Virus record (IMG/VR): IMGVR_UViG_3300037493_001441
Span: 1-54,219 of that record
Reading direction: 5' to 3' (one strand)
DNA length: 54,219 bases
From: a virus
Lineage: Duplodnaviria; Caudoviricetes
How positions within the stretch are numbered: position 1 is the stretch's first letter; the number at the start of each line of letters is the position of its first letter. Positions 1 through 8,703 of the stretch are shown here, piece after piece. The position numbers and the translations under genes were made by a program. Below the pieces are notes generated by a model. That model worked only from the letters and a program-made list of their open reading frames with translations. It was not told where the DNA came from and made no database searches.

Positions 1-61
1 ATTGCACTGACAGGGGTATGTGAGTTAATCCCATGCAGCGTGAAAGCGCGGGAGTCTATTG

Positions 62-328
62 ATGGCTTCAAATAAAATTTTTACCGATGGCGATGGCTAT
101 GGCTATGGCGATGGCTCTGGCTATGGTGCTGGCTATGGCGATGGCTATGGCTATGGTGCTGGCTATGGCGATGGCTCTGGCTATGGCTATGGCTATGGCT
201 ATGGCTATGGCTATGGCGATGGCTCTGGCTATGGCGATGGCTCTGGCGATGGTGCTGGCTATGGCGATGGCTCTGGCGATGGCGATGGCTCTGGCTATGG
301 CTATGGCTATGGCTCTGGCCCTAGTTGA
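62..328 (+). CDS. Gly-X (GYG/GDG/GSG) repeat protein
   Basis: ATG at 62 overlaps the upstream stop (73-75); every second residue is Gly over about 77 aa. Confidence 0.7.
   Translation: MASNKIFTDGDGYGYGDGSGYGAGYGDGYGYGAGYGDGSGYGYGYGYGYGYGDGSGYGDGSGDGAGYGDGSGDGDGSGYGYGYGSGPS
86..319 (+). repeat. 6-bp unit tandem repeat (GGCTAT/GGCGAT/GGCTCT/GGTGCT)
   Basis: Directly visible degenerate hexamer array. Confidence 0.95.
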
Positions 329-351
329 ACGCGCATTGATTGGAGAACAGC

Positions 352-597
352 ATGGCAGGAAGTGATTACAGACGTTGCGATGTATGCGGAGGGAAGGCTT
401 TCTATGACGCCAACCTCAACTACGAAACAGGAGACAAAGTAGATGGCAAATGGGTTTACTCAGAAACTCCATTCCGTGTCGCTGGAGAAGGGCAAGGAGC
501 ATACGGCAACGGGCTTGATTACGTTAGCGACTGGGCTGTTATCTGCACTGACTGCGCGTTCAGCTTCAAGGTCAACAATTTGTTGTACCGGGACTAG
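352..597 (+). CDS. Small Zn-binding hypothetical protein
   Basis: CDVC and CTDC pairs; GGAG RBS before ATG 352. Confidence 0.7.
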   Translation: MAGSDYRRCDVCGGKAFYDANLNYETGDKVDGKWVYSETPFRVAGEGQGAYGNGLDYVSDWAVICTDCAFSFKVNNLLYRD

Positions 598-600
598 CCG

Positions 601-1023
601 GTGAGCGCTGGCACGTTGACCCTTGAGCTGCACAACCGGGCGCAAGCCTGGGCGGTGATCCGCGAACAGCTCTACCCGTTCATTGCCCACTGGCTGCAGG
701 CGGGCAAGAAGCTGGTGCTGGTGGTTTCGCTGCGCAAGCGCACCAAACCGCAAAACCGCCGGTACTGGGGCCGTGGCGCGCTGGCGCAGATCGCCGAGCA
801 AGTTGCAGTGGGCGGACGCCTATTTTCAACAGCCACTTGGCACGAGCAATTCAAGCGCCAGTTCATCGGCGTCATTGAGCTGCCCAACGGGCAAGTGCTG
901 GGTATGAGCAGCAAGGATCTGACGACCGCCGACTTCTGCAAGTTTTGCGACGAAGTGGAGTCCTACGCAGCCACTGATCTTGGCGTGGTGTTCATGGATC
1001 TACCACCGAAAGAGGCACCATGA
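601..1023 (+). CDS. ninB: NinB/Orf-family recombination mediator (copy 1)
   Basis: KRT.PQNRRYW, WHEQFKRQFIG and SS..LTT.DF...E.YAA motifs. Confidence 0.8.
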   Translation: MSAGTLTLELHNRAQAWAVIREQLYPFIAHWLQAGKKLVLVVSLRKRTKPQNRRYWGRGALAQIAEQVAVGGRLFSTATWHEQFKRQFIGVIELPNGQVLGMSSKDLTTADFCKFCDEVESYAATDLGVVFMDLPPKEAP

Positions 1024-1460
1024 CCACGATAGCCTGGGACGGCAAGACACTGGCGGCTGACAAGCGCGCAGTCAACAACGGCTACAGCGGTGGCACGGTG
1101 ACGAAGATTCACCACTGGACCGGCGGGCTGTGTGCCTTTTCTGGCGATCTGGATGTGGGGATGCAGATGGTGCAGTGGCTGCGCGATGGCGCAAACCCGG
1201 CCAAGTACCCCGCCCAGCAGGAGAAGAATGCCTGCGTCTTCTTGGTCATCATGCGGGACGGGCGAACCTGCCGCTATGAATCGACGCCGGTCGCGCTGTG
1301 GTTTGAGAACGAGCAGCAGGCCATGGGCAGTGGCCGTGATTACGCGCTGGCCGCGATGCACCTTGGCAAGACGGCGCGCGAGGCCGTTGAAGTGGCCATC
1401 GCCCTTGATTGCGGATCCGGCAACGGCATCGACACCTTGACACCGGAGAGCTGGGTATGA
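1020..1460 (+). CDS. Ntn-hydrolase, HslV/proteasome-beta-like protein
   Basis: N-terminal MTTIAWDG..LAADKR, K near position 30, SGD, and GSG..YALAAM motifs. Confidence 0.75.
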   Translation: MTTIAWDGKTLAADKRAVNNGYSGGTVTKIHHWTGGLCAFSGDLDVGMQMVQWLRDGANPAKYPAQQEKNACVFLVIMRDGRTCRYESTPVALWFENEQQAMGSGRDYALAAMHLGKTAREAVEVAIALDCGSGNGIDTLTPESWV

Positions 1461-1547
1461 AGGGACTCAGCTAATTGTCACTACGATGTGTATCGCTATC
1501 GGTGCACTCCTTGGCGCTATGGCATCTGATTTTGAAGGACCAACATC

Positions 1548-2129
1548 ATGACTAAAGAAGAAGGAGCAAGCATGAAAGACTTAACGAACCTGTCAGACGA
1601 AGATTTGCGCGCTGCAACTGACACGGCATACCTTGATACGCTTTCGGCGGCAACCACCGAAAAAGATTCAAAGTGGCACCGAAAGACGATGCTCTGGAGA
1701 ACTATCGAGCACTATAGGTTAGCCGATAGCACTGAGGAGCACATCGAGCAGAAGGAGGTGCTGGATAACTACATTGACGACATACTGGACAATATGGAAG
1801 GATTCCCAGCACCTACGCAACGTGAGCAATGGGCCGCTGACGCACTGCGTAGGCAGCATCAAATCATCTTGACGCTGGAAGCAGCGCAAGCAGGTATCAA
1901 AACAGTTACTCGAAATATTCGAGTAACTGAGCCAGTGACAGCAGACAAGCTACTTGCAATCACAACAGCTTACGAGCAAGGTGTCGGCTACGGTAGGCAA
2001 CGCTACAAAGCACCAAACCCATACGCATTATGGTCTGATGAGAATGGTGCGTGGGAACTTGGGTATCAAGAAGGTATTGATATGGAGGCGACCACACCCC
2101 AACCCGACCAAGGCGCACGGGCACTATAG
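1548..2129 (+). CDS. Hypothetical, mosaic phage protein
   Basis: Long ORF with RBS in the plus-strand operon. Confidence 0.6.
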   Translation: MTKEEGASMKDLTNLSDEDLRAATDTAYLDTLSAATTEKDSKWHRKTMLWRTIEHYRLADSTEEHIEQKEVLDNYIDDILDNMEGFPAPTQREQWAADALRRQHQIILTLEAAQAGIKTVTRNIRVTEPVTADKLLAITTAYEQGVGYGRQRYKAPNPYALWSDENGAWELGYQEGIDMEATTPQPDQGARAL

Positions 2130-2186
2130 GTCAAATCGTTATGACATTTTCAACGTCATTATTTGGGCAATCGTTTTGGAGGTTAC

Positions 2187-2432
2187 ATGGTTAATTACAT
2201 CGTAATGTGCAGCAAGAAATCTATCGCAACCACTGATTGGTTTGCTCCTATGTCCTATGGCAGGGACAGTGAGCCAGCGCCAGACCAGCTACTCATGCGA
2301 GGCAGGGCGACCCTGTTTGACAGTCAGCGGGAGGCATTCGACGCACTAGATGAATCGCTACGCAAGTCAAAACTTGGTGGTGGGGCTTGGGTTGAGAAAC
2401 ATACCTACAGCGTGGTGGAATGCAGCAAATGA
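2187..2432 (+). CDS. Hypothetical protein
   Basis: GGAGG RBS; ATGA overlap with next gene. Confidence 0.6.
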   Translation: MVNYIVMCSKKSIATTDWFAPMSYGRDSEPAPDQLLMRGRATLFDSQREAFDALDESLRKSKLGGGAWVEKHTYSVVECSK

Positions 2433-2896
2433 CAAAAGCAAAAAGCGGAAGGTACGACCTGCATATCCCTGCTGAAGACCAACGCTTCGACGTGGTCCAG
2501 GGGTCTGGGGATGCCGACATTAAAGAGCTTGCTTCACAGAAGCATGCAGCAGACAACTACCGCCTACTGCTGGATGAGGCTGACCACGAATACGCGGCAA
2601 TGAAAGCAGAGCGTGATGCTGCGCTTACCGAGATAGCTAGGCTGCAATGGAATGAAAAAGCTGCGGCGGTATTACAAGCTAAGAGCAACGCAGATGATGC
2701 CGAGATAGCTAGGCTCGAAGCCGAGCGTGATGCTGCACTTGAATTATTGTCTGAGGCGCTTTACGCACTGGAGTATGGTGTAGACATGACAAAGCCAGAG
2801 GGTATGTCATGGTGCGATTGCCCATCATGTACTGTTATCCCAAAGATTCGTAAATTGATGAAAAATATACATGTGGTGCGGGATGTGGCGAGATAG
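2429..2896 (+). CDS. Coiled-coil hypothetical protein (Ead/Ea22-like mosaic)
   Basis: Repeated ERDAAL and EIARL segments. Confidence 0.55.
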   Translation: MTKAKSGRYDLHIPAEDQRFDVVQGSGDADIKELASQKHAADNYRLLLDEADHEYAAMKAERDAALTEIARLQWNEKAAAVLQAKSNADDAEIARLEAERDAALELLSEALYALEYGVDMTKPEGMSWCDCPSCTVIPKIRKLMKNIHVVRDVAR

Positions 2897-2906
2897 AGAC
2901 AATGAA

Positions 2907-3311
2907 ATGCCAAAACTAATACTTAAAAAATGCACCCAGTGTCTTCTTGAGAAGGCGCGTAACTCGAACTTCACCTTTAGCTCTACCACAGGCTACTCAG
3001 ATGTGTGTCGTACATGCAAGTCTACAGACCCAAGGAAGAAAGTCTGCACTCAGTGCGGCGAACTCAAGTCGCTGCGGGAGTATTACGTCAAGGGCGCAGC
3101 GCATCGCTTATCAGCGGAGTGCAAGGTGTGCAGCAATAAGCGTAAGCATAAGCCGAAGGTAGTTGAGGTTGCACCACCAGAAATAGCAGACCCTGCGGTT
3201 AACGCATTCCATTGGAGAACCTTCGTGCAACCGTTCAAACCAGCTAAGGATCTGTGGGTGCATCCACGCCCTGGCCAAGCTATTAATACACGCTTCAGGC
3301 AATATGGCTAG
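2907..3311 (+). CDS. Double Zn-finger protein
   Basis: Two CTQC...CxxC modules. Confidence 0.65.
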   Translation: MPKLILKKCTQCLLEKARNSNFTFSSTTGYSDVCRTCKSTDPRKKVCTQCGELKSLREYYVKGAAHRLSAECKVCSNKRKHKPKVVEVAPPEIADPAVNAFHWRTFVQPFKPAKDLWVHPRPGQAINTRFRQYG

Positions 3312-3430
3312 AACCGAATCTCAGGGGGAGCCTGTTGAGGCTGCGCTGTTTGGGTCAATGGGCCAGCGGGTTGGCTCGACGCAGGCATCGCTTCAGCAGG
3401 TACTCCTGGCCTATTACTAGGGTCTATTCT

Positions 3431-4276
3431 TCATCGCGACAGGCCGTCATTAGCCTCGTCCAGCACTCCGCTAGTCAACAGGAACTTGGACAGCGCCCCC
3501 ATCTCATCCGGGCTGAGTGATCGCATACTCGAAGGTTCTTTTGCAAACTGCTTCTGGTACCATTTGCTTAGGAGCAGGTTGCGAACGGGGGAGCGGAGCA
3601 GGGGCAACCCGCCAGCTAGTAATCCTGATGCATTCCCAGTACTGCCATGCCCAATCATCGCAGCCACAGGCACTGCCATGGCTTCAAGCGCTGAAACTCC
3701 CGGGGTAGGAGACCCCGCCCCAGGTTTGGTGACCTGTGGGAAGGCTGCTGCAAAGTCTCCAATCAGCTTCTGGTATCCGGAAACGGGTTTACCCGCCTTG
3801 ACACGTTGCCCAAACACATGAGCGTTCACGTCCCCGGTGGCTGTGTTTAGTGCTTTCTCAAGCGTATGCGACTGGGCAATCTCTTGACGAGCCGCTTGCA
3901 AGTTCGGAACCACATTGCTGGGGCCAAACTGAAGCAGGTGTTCATCTATCAGACCCTCAAGCGCCCGCGCTCCGCCCAGCTGGGCTTGCCCCAGTTTCTG
4001 CGCAGACTGATCACCGCCGTAGGGAATATTTGCACCCTTGTTGCCAGTCTCACGCAGCTGCTTTATCAGGTTCTTAATGTCCGGCCCTGTAAAGCTCACC
4101 GGCTGCAACTCAGTAGCCAACGCACTCACTGCCGGGTAGCGGAGAGATCTGATCGGGCTGTTGGGGTTGCCGCTGAGCAGCGCTGCAAGCCCCGCCAGTG
4201 GCTCGGCAAACCCCCCGGACGCCATGGCCATTGCAGGCTCAGCGTACCGAGCCGTCTTCGTCAATGCTCCAGCCAT
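3431..4276 (-). CDS. Ejection-protein-like gene, apparently internally deleted or chimeric
   Basis: C-terminal motif shared with 4280..6286; last long ORF of the late operon. Confidence 0.6.
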   Translation of the reverse strand: MAGALTKTARYAEPAMAMASGGFAEPLAGLAALLSGNPNSPIRSLRYPAVSALATELQPVSFTGPDIKNLIKQLRETGNKGANIPYGGDQSAQKLGQAQLGGARALEGLIDEHLLQFGPSNVVPNLQAARQEIAQSHTLEKALNTATGDVNAHVFGQRVKAGKPVSGYQKLIGDFAAAFPQVTKPGAGSPTPGVSALEAMAVPVAAMIGHGSTGNASGLLAGGLPLLRSPVRNLLLSKWYQKQFAKEPSSMRSLSPDEMGALSKFLLTSGVLDEANDGLSR

Positions 4277-4279
4277 GAT

Positions 4280-6286
4280 CTAGTTTCCTTCGTTGAGTAA
4301 GCCACTGCCAACCAGGTAGCGCGTGAGCGCTCCGAGGTCCGCCCTGTTTGGGTCTGTTCTCTGCGCCGCCCAGTTCACCACCCTTGGATCTGTCATGGCC
4401 CTGGAAGCTGCTCTGGAGGCGCCCATGGTGCCGATGGCCATAGTCGGTATGGCTGGGCTCATCAACCCGAAAGGTGCCGCAAGTGTGCCAACACCAGCCC
4501 CAAATATCAGGTCCCGAGCGTGTGCGTTCGCAGCCGTGCCGCTGGAGTTGAACCAGTGCCGTGAGTTGTCCTTCATCATGCTTGCGGCCTTGGCGACCGC
4601 GCTCACCTCCGCCATGACCGCCTCGGAGTTGGGGAAGCCGCTGAACAGCTCCTCGCGCGCCTTGGGGGTCATCTTGTTCCAGTTGGTCAGGAACGTCTGC
4701 GGACTGAACCTGTCGCCGAGGTCGTTCTGGTTTCCGCTGGTGGCGCGCCCCAGGCGGTCGATGATGGTGCCTGCGACACTACCGCGGGTCTCAGGTGTGA
4801 CCGACTTCTTGACCGCCTGCAGCGTGGAGACGTTCTCCTTGGCCGTGTTCTGCAAGGAGTTGAACGCCTGCGCCGGGTCTGAAGTAGTCCTGAACGGGTC
4901 TGTGCGCTCTATGCGGGCCATGCCAGAACGATAGAAGTCGTTTGCGCGGTCCAGCGCACCGCTTGCGCTTGTCGGACGTGTGACTGCAGGCTGTGGCCCC
5001 TTTGCCAGGTCAGACTGACGCGCGGCCTCTTTCATATCGTCGGATAAGGCCCCGTACATCTTACTGATTTCACCGTGCTCTGGGGTCCCGACGACGTCCT
5101 TGGATGCCAATTCCGCTCCAATTCTTGTGCGTATGCCCTTGACAACGCCATATGGCACACCGTTTGGCGGCACCGGCGGGTGGTACAGCCCCGAGCCGTC
5201 TGTGTAGCCGGGAGCGCCACCTTGGTCTGACCGGAGTGTCCTATTCCACTCCGCGATGCGCGGCTGAATCAGCGTTGCTGACGTGGCTGGCGCCCCGGGG
5301 TTGGGGGTCGACATTTGGCTAGACCTGTTGACGGCGTTGGTGACCTGTACCGGGGTGTCAGTGCCAATCGCGCCCTCCGCCATATCGTTCAAGCGCTGGT
5401 AGCCAGGGGCCACCGTGCGGTCATAGAACGAGCCGAGGTCGCGCTTGATCCCCTGCCCCGCGGCCGTGGAGCCACGGTTGTTGGATGCGTTGTCCGCGGC
5501 CCTCGTGGCGGTCGCCTGCATACCGTTGATTGCCGAGTCTCGCGCACGGGCGAAGATGCCCATTGATCCTGGAATGGTCTGCAGCACGGTCTCTAAGCCG
5601 CCCAGCACCCCGTTGCCGGATGCCAGGCCGAGCGTTGGGTTATCCACACCGCCTCTGCGCAGGTCCTCAATGCGCTGGATCATCTCCTGCCTACCGGCCT
5701 CGCCACCGCGGATCATCCCGCGTGCCGCCATCGGAGCAAGGTTTGCCGCACCCATCGGACTCATCCCAGCGGCAATGGCCAGCGCAGGGTTGCCAGAGGC
5801 CTCATAGGCAGCTTTCCCGGCTAAGCCGGATGCAACCCCCATAGCCGCTTGCCCCGGTGTTGTGGCGCCCGCTAATGAGCCACCAGCGGCCTGCAAATAG
5901 CCTCCCTCGTATTCTGGGTTCTGCGCCTGCACCATGGCCTTTGGCATGTTGCGGATGAGGTTCTCACCACTCAGCGGAACGTCAGCGCGGTTGCCGACCT
6001 GCAGCATCTCCGGCGGGGTTTTGCCGGCCATCAGGAACGGTGTGCCCAGTGCCGCCTTGCCCAGGTCCACCACATTGCGCGCGGTGTCCATTGGGAGGCC
6101 CGCAAGCCGCGCCAGGCCCTGGTTAAAGCCTGTGCCTATGGCATTGGGTGCGTCCATCGCGGAGCCCTCCTGCGCGGGCTTCTGGCCCCCTCCTGAGAGG
6201 TGCGCAAGGCCAGCGTCTGAGACCTTCGACAGGTCGCCGGCCGCAAGCGCCGCCAGGTCGGCGTCTGAGAGATTGGTCAAGTCCAT
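4280..6286 (-). CDS. DNA ejection/transfer protein (large)
   Basis: Ala/Gly-rich, N-terminal DLxxLSDAxL repeat, hydrophobic C-terminal segment, position after the tail hub. Confidence 0.7.
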   Translation of the reverse strand: MDLTNLSDADLAALAAGDLSKVSDAGLAHLSGGGQKPAQEGSAMDAPNAIGTGFNQGLARLAGLPMDTARNVVDLGKAALGTPFLMAGKTPPEMLQVGNRADVPLSGENLIRNMPKAMVQAQNPEYEGGYLQAAGGSLAGATTPGQAAMGVASGLAGKAAYEASGNPALAIAAGMSPMGAANLAPMAARGMIRGGEAGRQEMIQRIEDLRRGGVDNPTLGLASGNGVLGGLETVLQTIPGSMGIFARARDSAINGMQATATRAADNASNNRGSTAAGQGIKRDLGSFYDRTVAPGYQRLNDMAEGAIGTDTPVQVTNAVNRSSQMSTPNPGAPATSATLIQPRIAEWNRTLRSDQGGAPGYTDGSGLYHPPVPPNGVPYGVVKGIRTRIGAELASKDVVGTPEHGEISKMYGALSDDMKEAARQSDLAKGPQPAVTRPTSASGALDRANDFYRSGMARIERTDPFRTTSDPAQAFNSLQNTAKENVSTLQAVKKSVTPETRGSVAGTIIDRLGRATSGNQNDLGDRFSPQTFLTNWNKMTPKAREELFSGFPNSEAVMAEVSAVAKAASMMKDNSRHWFNSSGTAANAHARDLIFGAGVGTLAAPFGLMSPAIPTMAIGTMGASRAASRAMTDPRVVNWAAQRTDPNRADLGALTRYLVGSGLLNEGN

Positions 6287-7584
6287 TATGAGCCTTTCTT
6301 GGCAGCTGCACGACGAGCCATCTCAGCCGCCACTGCGTCAGCCGTCGGTAGGGATGGAGATGCGTTCAACGCTGGCGGTACATTTCGCTGTGCAGAAGTA
6401 TCCAGCGGATCATGACCGTAATTCGCCCGTACTCCGTCGATCTTCAACTGCTGCAACTCAGCCCCGCGCTTGTTGATGCTCTTAATTTCTGCAAGGCGCT
6501 GCTTCACCAGACCAGTGTCAGTGATATTCTGGAACAGCTCATTCCAAGCGCGCATTGCGTCTCCGTCAGTTTGCACCCCCGTGTTCAGGCGCAAAGACTC
6601 ATTACGCAGTCTTTCAAGCGTTGACGTGAAGCTGCCGAAGTTCCTAGACTCTTCGGTGCTAGAACCCATAGCGTTCATCCCCTTGTTTATCAGGTTAGAC
6701 ACCGGGCCGAACTTCAGTTTGCCGTCCTTAATCTGCTGCTCAATGGCACCCAAATCAGAGTTGATAGAGGAGGAGATGCCGATTGCGTCCAGCGCGTCCT
6801 GCTGCATTTTCAAAGCGCCGGGAGGCAACGGCTTCTGGACATCCTTCGGAGGCGCTAGATCACGCTTCAAGTCCGCAGCATTACCTGCCAGTTGTTCACG
6901 CAAAGCTAGGTCAGCCGCCGCCCGCGCATCCATAGAGGCTTGGTTCTGTGCAGCCAAGTCCATGCGTCCTTGTTGGGCCAGTGCTGCAGCTTGCGCATGA
7001 GCAGCCTGAGCCTGTTGTTGGACTTCGAGACGATACGCATTCTGTTCTTCACGAGCCTGCTGCTGAGCCACTTGCTGCATGATGAGGGGAGTATACTGTG
7101 CTCGCAACTTCTGCTGGTTCTGCTTCTGCTCATACAGCGCGTTGGAGACGTTGGACATGGTCTCACCAAACGAGCCCGTGACGGTGGGCTTGCTGAACGC
7201 TGCCGCCATGGCCAGGTAGCGCGAGCGGGAGTCGTCCTCTGGCACATACTTGTTGAGCATTGCCTGGAAGTCCGGCTCGGCACGTTCGCTGCGGGTCAGC
7301 GCGCCCTGCTCGGGGGTTTGCGGTACTGCGGCATCTCTGCGCTGCGGTGGAGCGATGCCCGCCACATCCGACAAGGTCAACGGCCCAGTGGTGCCGGTGT
7401 AACGAGCTGCATCGTCCGCAAATACCGGGCCCAGTGTAGCCCGTGGCACCTCTGCGCTGGGACTCATGGCAAACGAGAATGGGGTCGCGTCGCCGGCCGC
7501 AGAACCGTTCTTCCCCATGTCGGCCATGATCAGCTCTCGAATACGCTTTGGGAGCTGATCAAATTGAGGTGTTGTTGCCATCAC
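6286..7584 (-). CDS. DNA ejection protein (Gln-rich coiled coil)
   Basis: SFGE.MS, Q-rich helix and G.QTDGDA motif; synteny. Confidence 0.65.
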   Translation of the reverse strand: MMATTPQFDQLPKRIRELIMADMGKNGSAAGDATPFSFAMSPSAEVPRATLGPVFADDAARYTGTTGPLTLSDVAGIAPPQRRDAAVPQTPEQGALTRSERAEPDFQAMLNKYVPEDDSRSRYLAMAAAFSKPTVTGSFGETMSNVSNALYEQKQNQQKLRAQYTPLIMQQVAQQQAREEQNAYRLEVQQQAQAAHAQAAALAQQGRMDLAAQNQASMDARAAADLALREQLAGNAADLKRDLAPPKDVQKPLPPGALKMQQDALDAIGISSSINSDLGAIEQQIKDGKLKFGPVSNLINKGMNAMGSSTEESRNFGSFTSTLERLRNESLRLNTGVQTDGDAMRAWNELFQNITDTGLVKQRLAEIKSINKRGAELQQLKIDGVRANYGHDPLDTSAQRNVPPALNASPSLPTADAVAAEMARRAAAKKGS

Positions 7585-7590
7585 ATACCC

Positions 7591-8700
7591 TTAGTTAAGT
7601 ATCGAACCTGCGGTAAGCAGACCAGAACCAATGCCCTGCAGCGTGTTGGGCGCAGTGACACTCGTGTCGCTACCAGATTCATAAATTGACTTTGGCAGTT
7701 GGACCCCGTTGATTACGCCGGTAGCGTTAGACAGTTGAGTCCACGGGTCGGTGCGCGCCAACATAGCATTGTTATATGCTGTGGTTAGTCCGCCCTGCTG
7801 GAGTTGCTGCTGCTGGTTGCCAATGTTGAGCAGTCCCTGTGTATCGGTGTTGGCCATGGTCTGGTAAGACTGCCCAAGCGCGCCAATGTTGTCGGACGCG
7901 GTGTTCAGGGCATTCAGCGATGCCGTGGCCCCACTCAACGCAGTGTTGGCCTGGAGTTGCCCCTGATTCTGCACACGATTGGCGTCTGCACTCAGCGCGC
8001 CCTGCATCATGTTGCCGCCCGCAAGCGCTGCACTGCTCTGCATCTGGCCCTGCTGCTGTGCACGGTTGGCGTCGTTGGCGAAGATGCCAGCGGCGCCCGT
8101 GTAACCGGCCTGCAGCGCATTGGACTGCTGCCCTGTGATGTCGTTCGCGGCATTGACACCTGCACGACCCAGGATGTCCGCGTTGCGGGTGGAGCCGAAC
8201 TGGCCAGAGCCGATCATGCTGGAGTTGACCCCCGGCATGATGGAGTCCTCCCAGTTGCGCTTGCCCAGGCGGGCGATGTTGTCCACCACCTGAGTGGTGT
8301 AAGGGCTCATGTACTTGGAGACGTTGTCCGTCCACCCCTGCGCGTTACCGCTGACCGCGTCCTGCGCACCTTGTGCCCATGGCTGAATGGCGTTGGAGGT
8401 GGTCATAGCCGGTGCACCAACAGCGCCCTGCGCATAGTCCACAAATTTGGCTGCCGTTGGGGCAATCTGCCCACTCAATTGCTGCGCTTGTTGCAGCGGT
8501 TGCTGCCACACACCCTGACCGGCCCGCAGTTGATCAAATGCAGCGGTCTGGTCGGAGTTGAAGCCCGCCACACTCTGCGCCGGTAATGGCTGCGCGTTGT
8601 TCCCCTGCGCGATGTTCATCGCCTGGGTGCCCAGGTTCTGGGTGTACTGCTGATACCACTCCGGCAGATCCGTCTGACTGACTGCGTTACTTGTTGCCAT
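7591..8700 (-). CDS. DNA ejection/pilot protein
   Basis: LPEWY, YMSPYT.QVVD and G.FGSTR motifs; Q/A/G-rich. Confidence 0.7.
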   Translation of the reverse strand: MATSNAVSQTDLPEWYQQYTQNLGTQAMNIAQGNNAQPLPAQSVAGFNSDQTAAFDQLRAGQGVWQQPLQQAQQLSGQIAPTAAKFVDYAQGAVGAPAMTTSNAIQPWAQGAQDAVSGNAQGWTDNVSKYMSPYTTQVVDNIARLGKRNWEDSIMPGVNSSMIGSGQFGSTRNADILGRAGVNAANDITGQQSNALQAGYTGAAGIFANDANRAQQQGQMQSSAALAGGNMMQGALSADANRVQNQGQLQANTALSGATASLNALNTASDNIGALGQSYQTMANTDTQGLLNIGNQQQQLQQGGLTTAYNNAMLARTDPWTQLSNATGVINGVQLPKSIYESGSDTSVTAPNTLQGIGSGLLTAGSILN

Positions 8701-8703
8701 GTC

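Noticed and set aside
86-319. CRISPR array or DGR variable repeat
   Set aside because: No repeat-spacer structure, no cas or reverse transcriptase gene, and no TR/VR pair noticed near the fibre genes
87-365. (Met-Ala)n ORF
   Set aside because: Alternate-frame shadow of the hexamer repeat, which has no stops in any plus-strand frame; the Gly frame is the one whose start overlaps the upstream gene
1572-1616. MKDLTNLSDEDL resembles the ejection protein start MDLTNLSDADL
   Set aside because: Common helix-capping pattern; no further similarity, and the genes are in different operons
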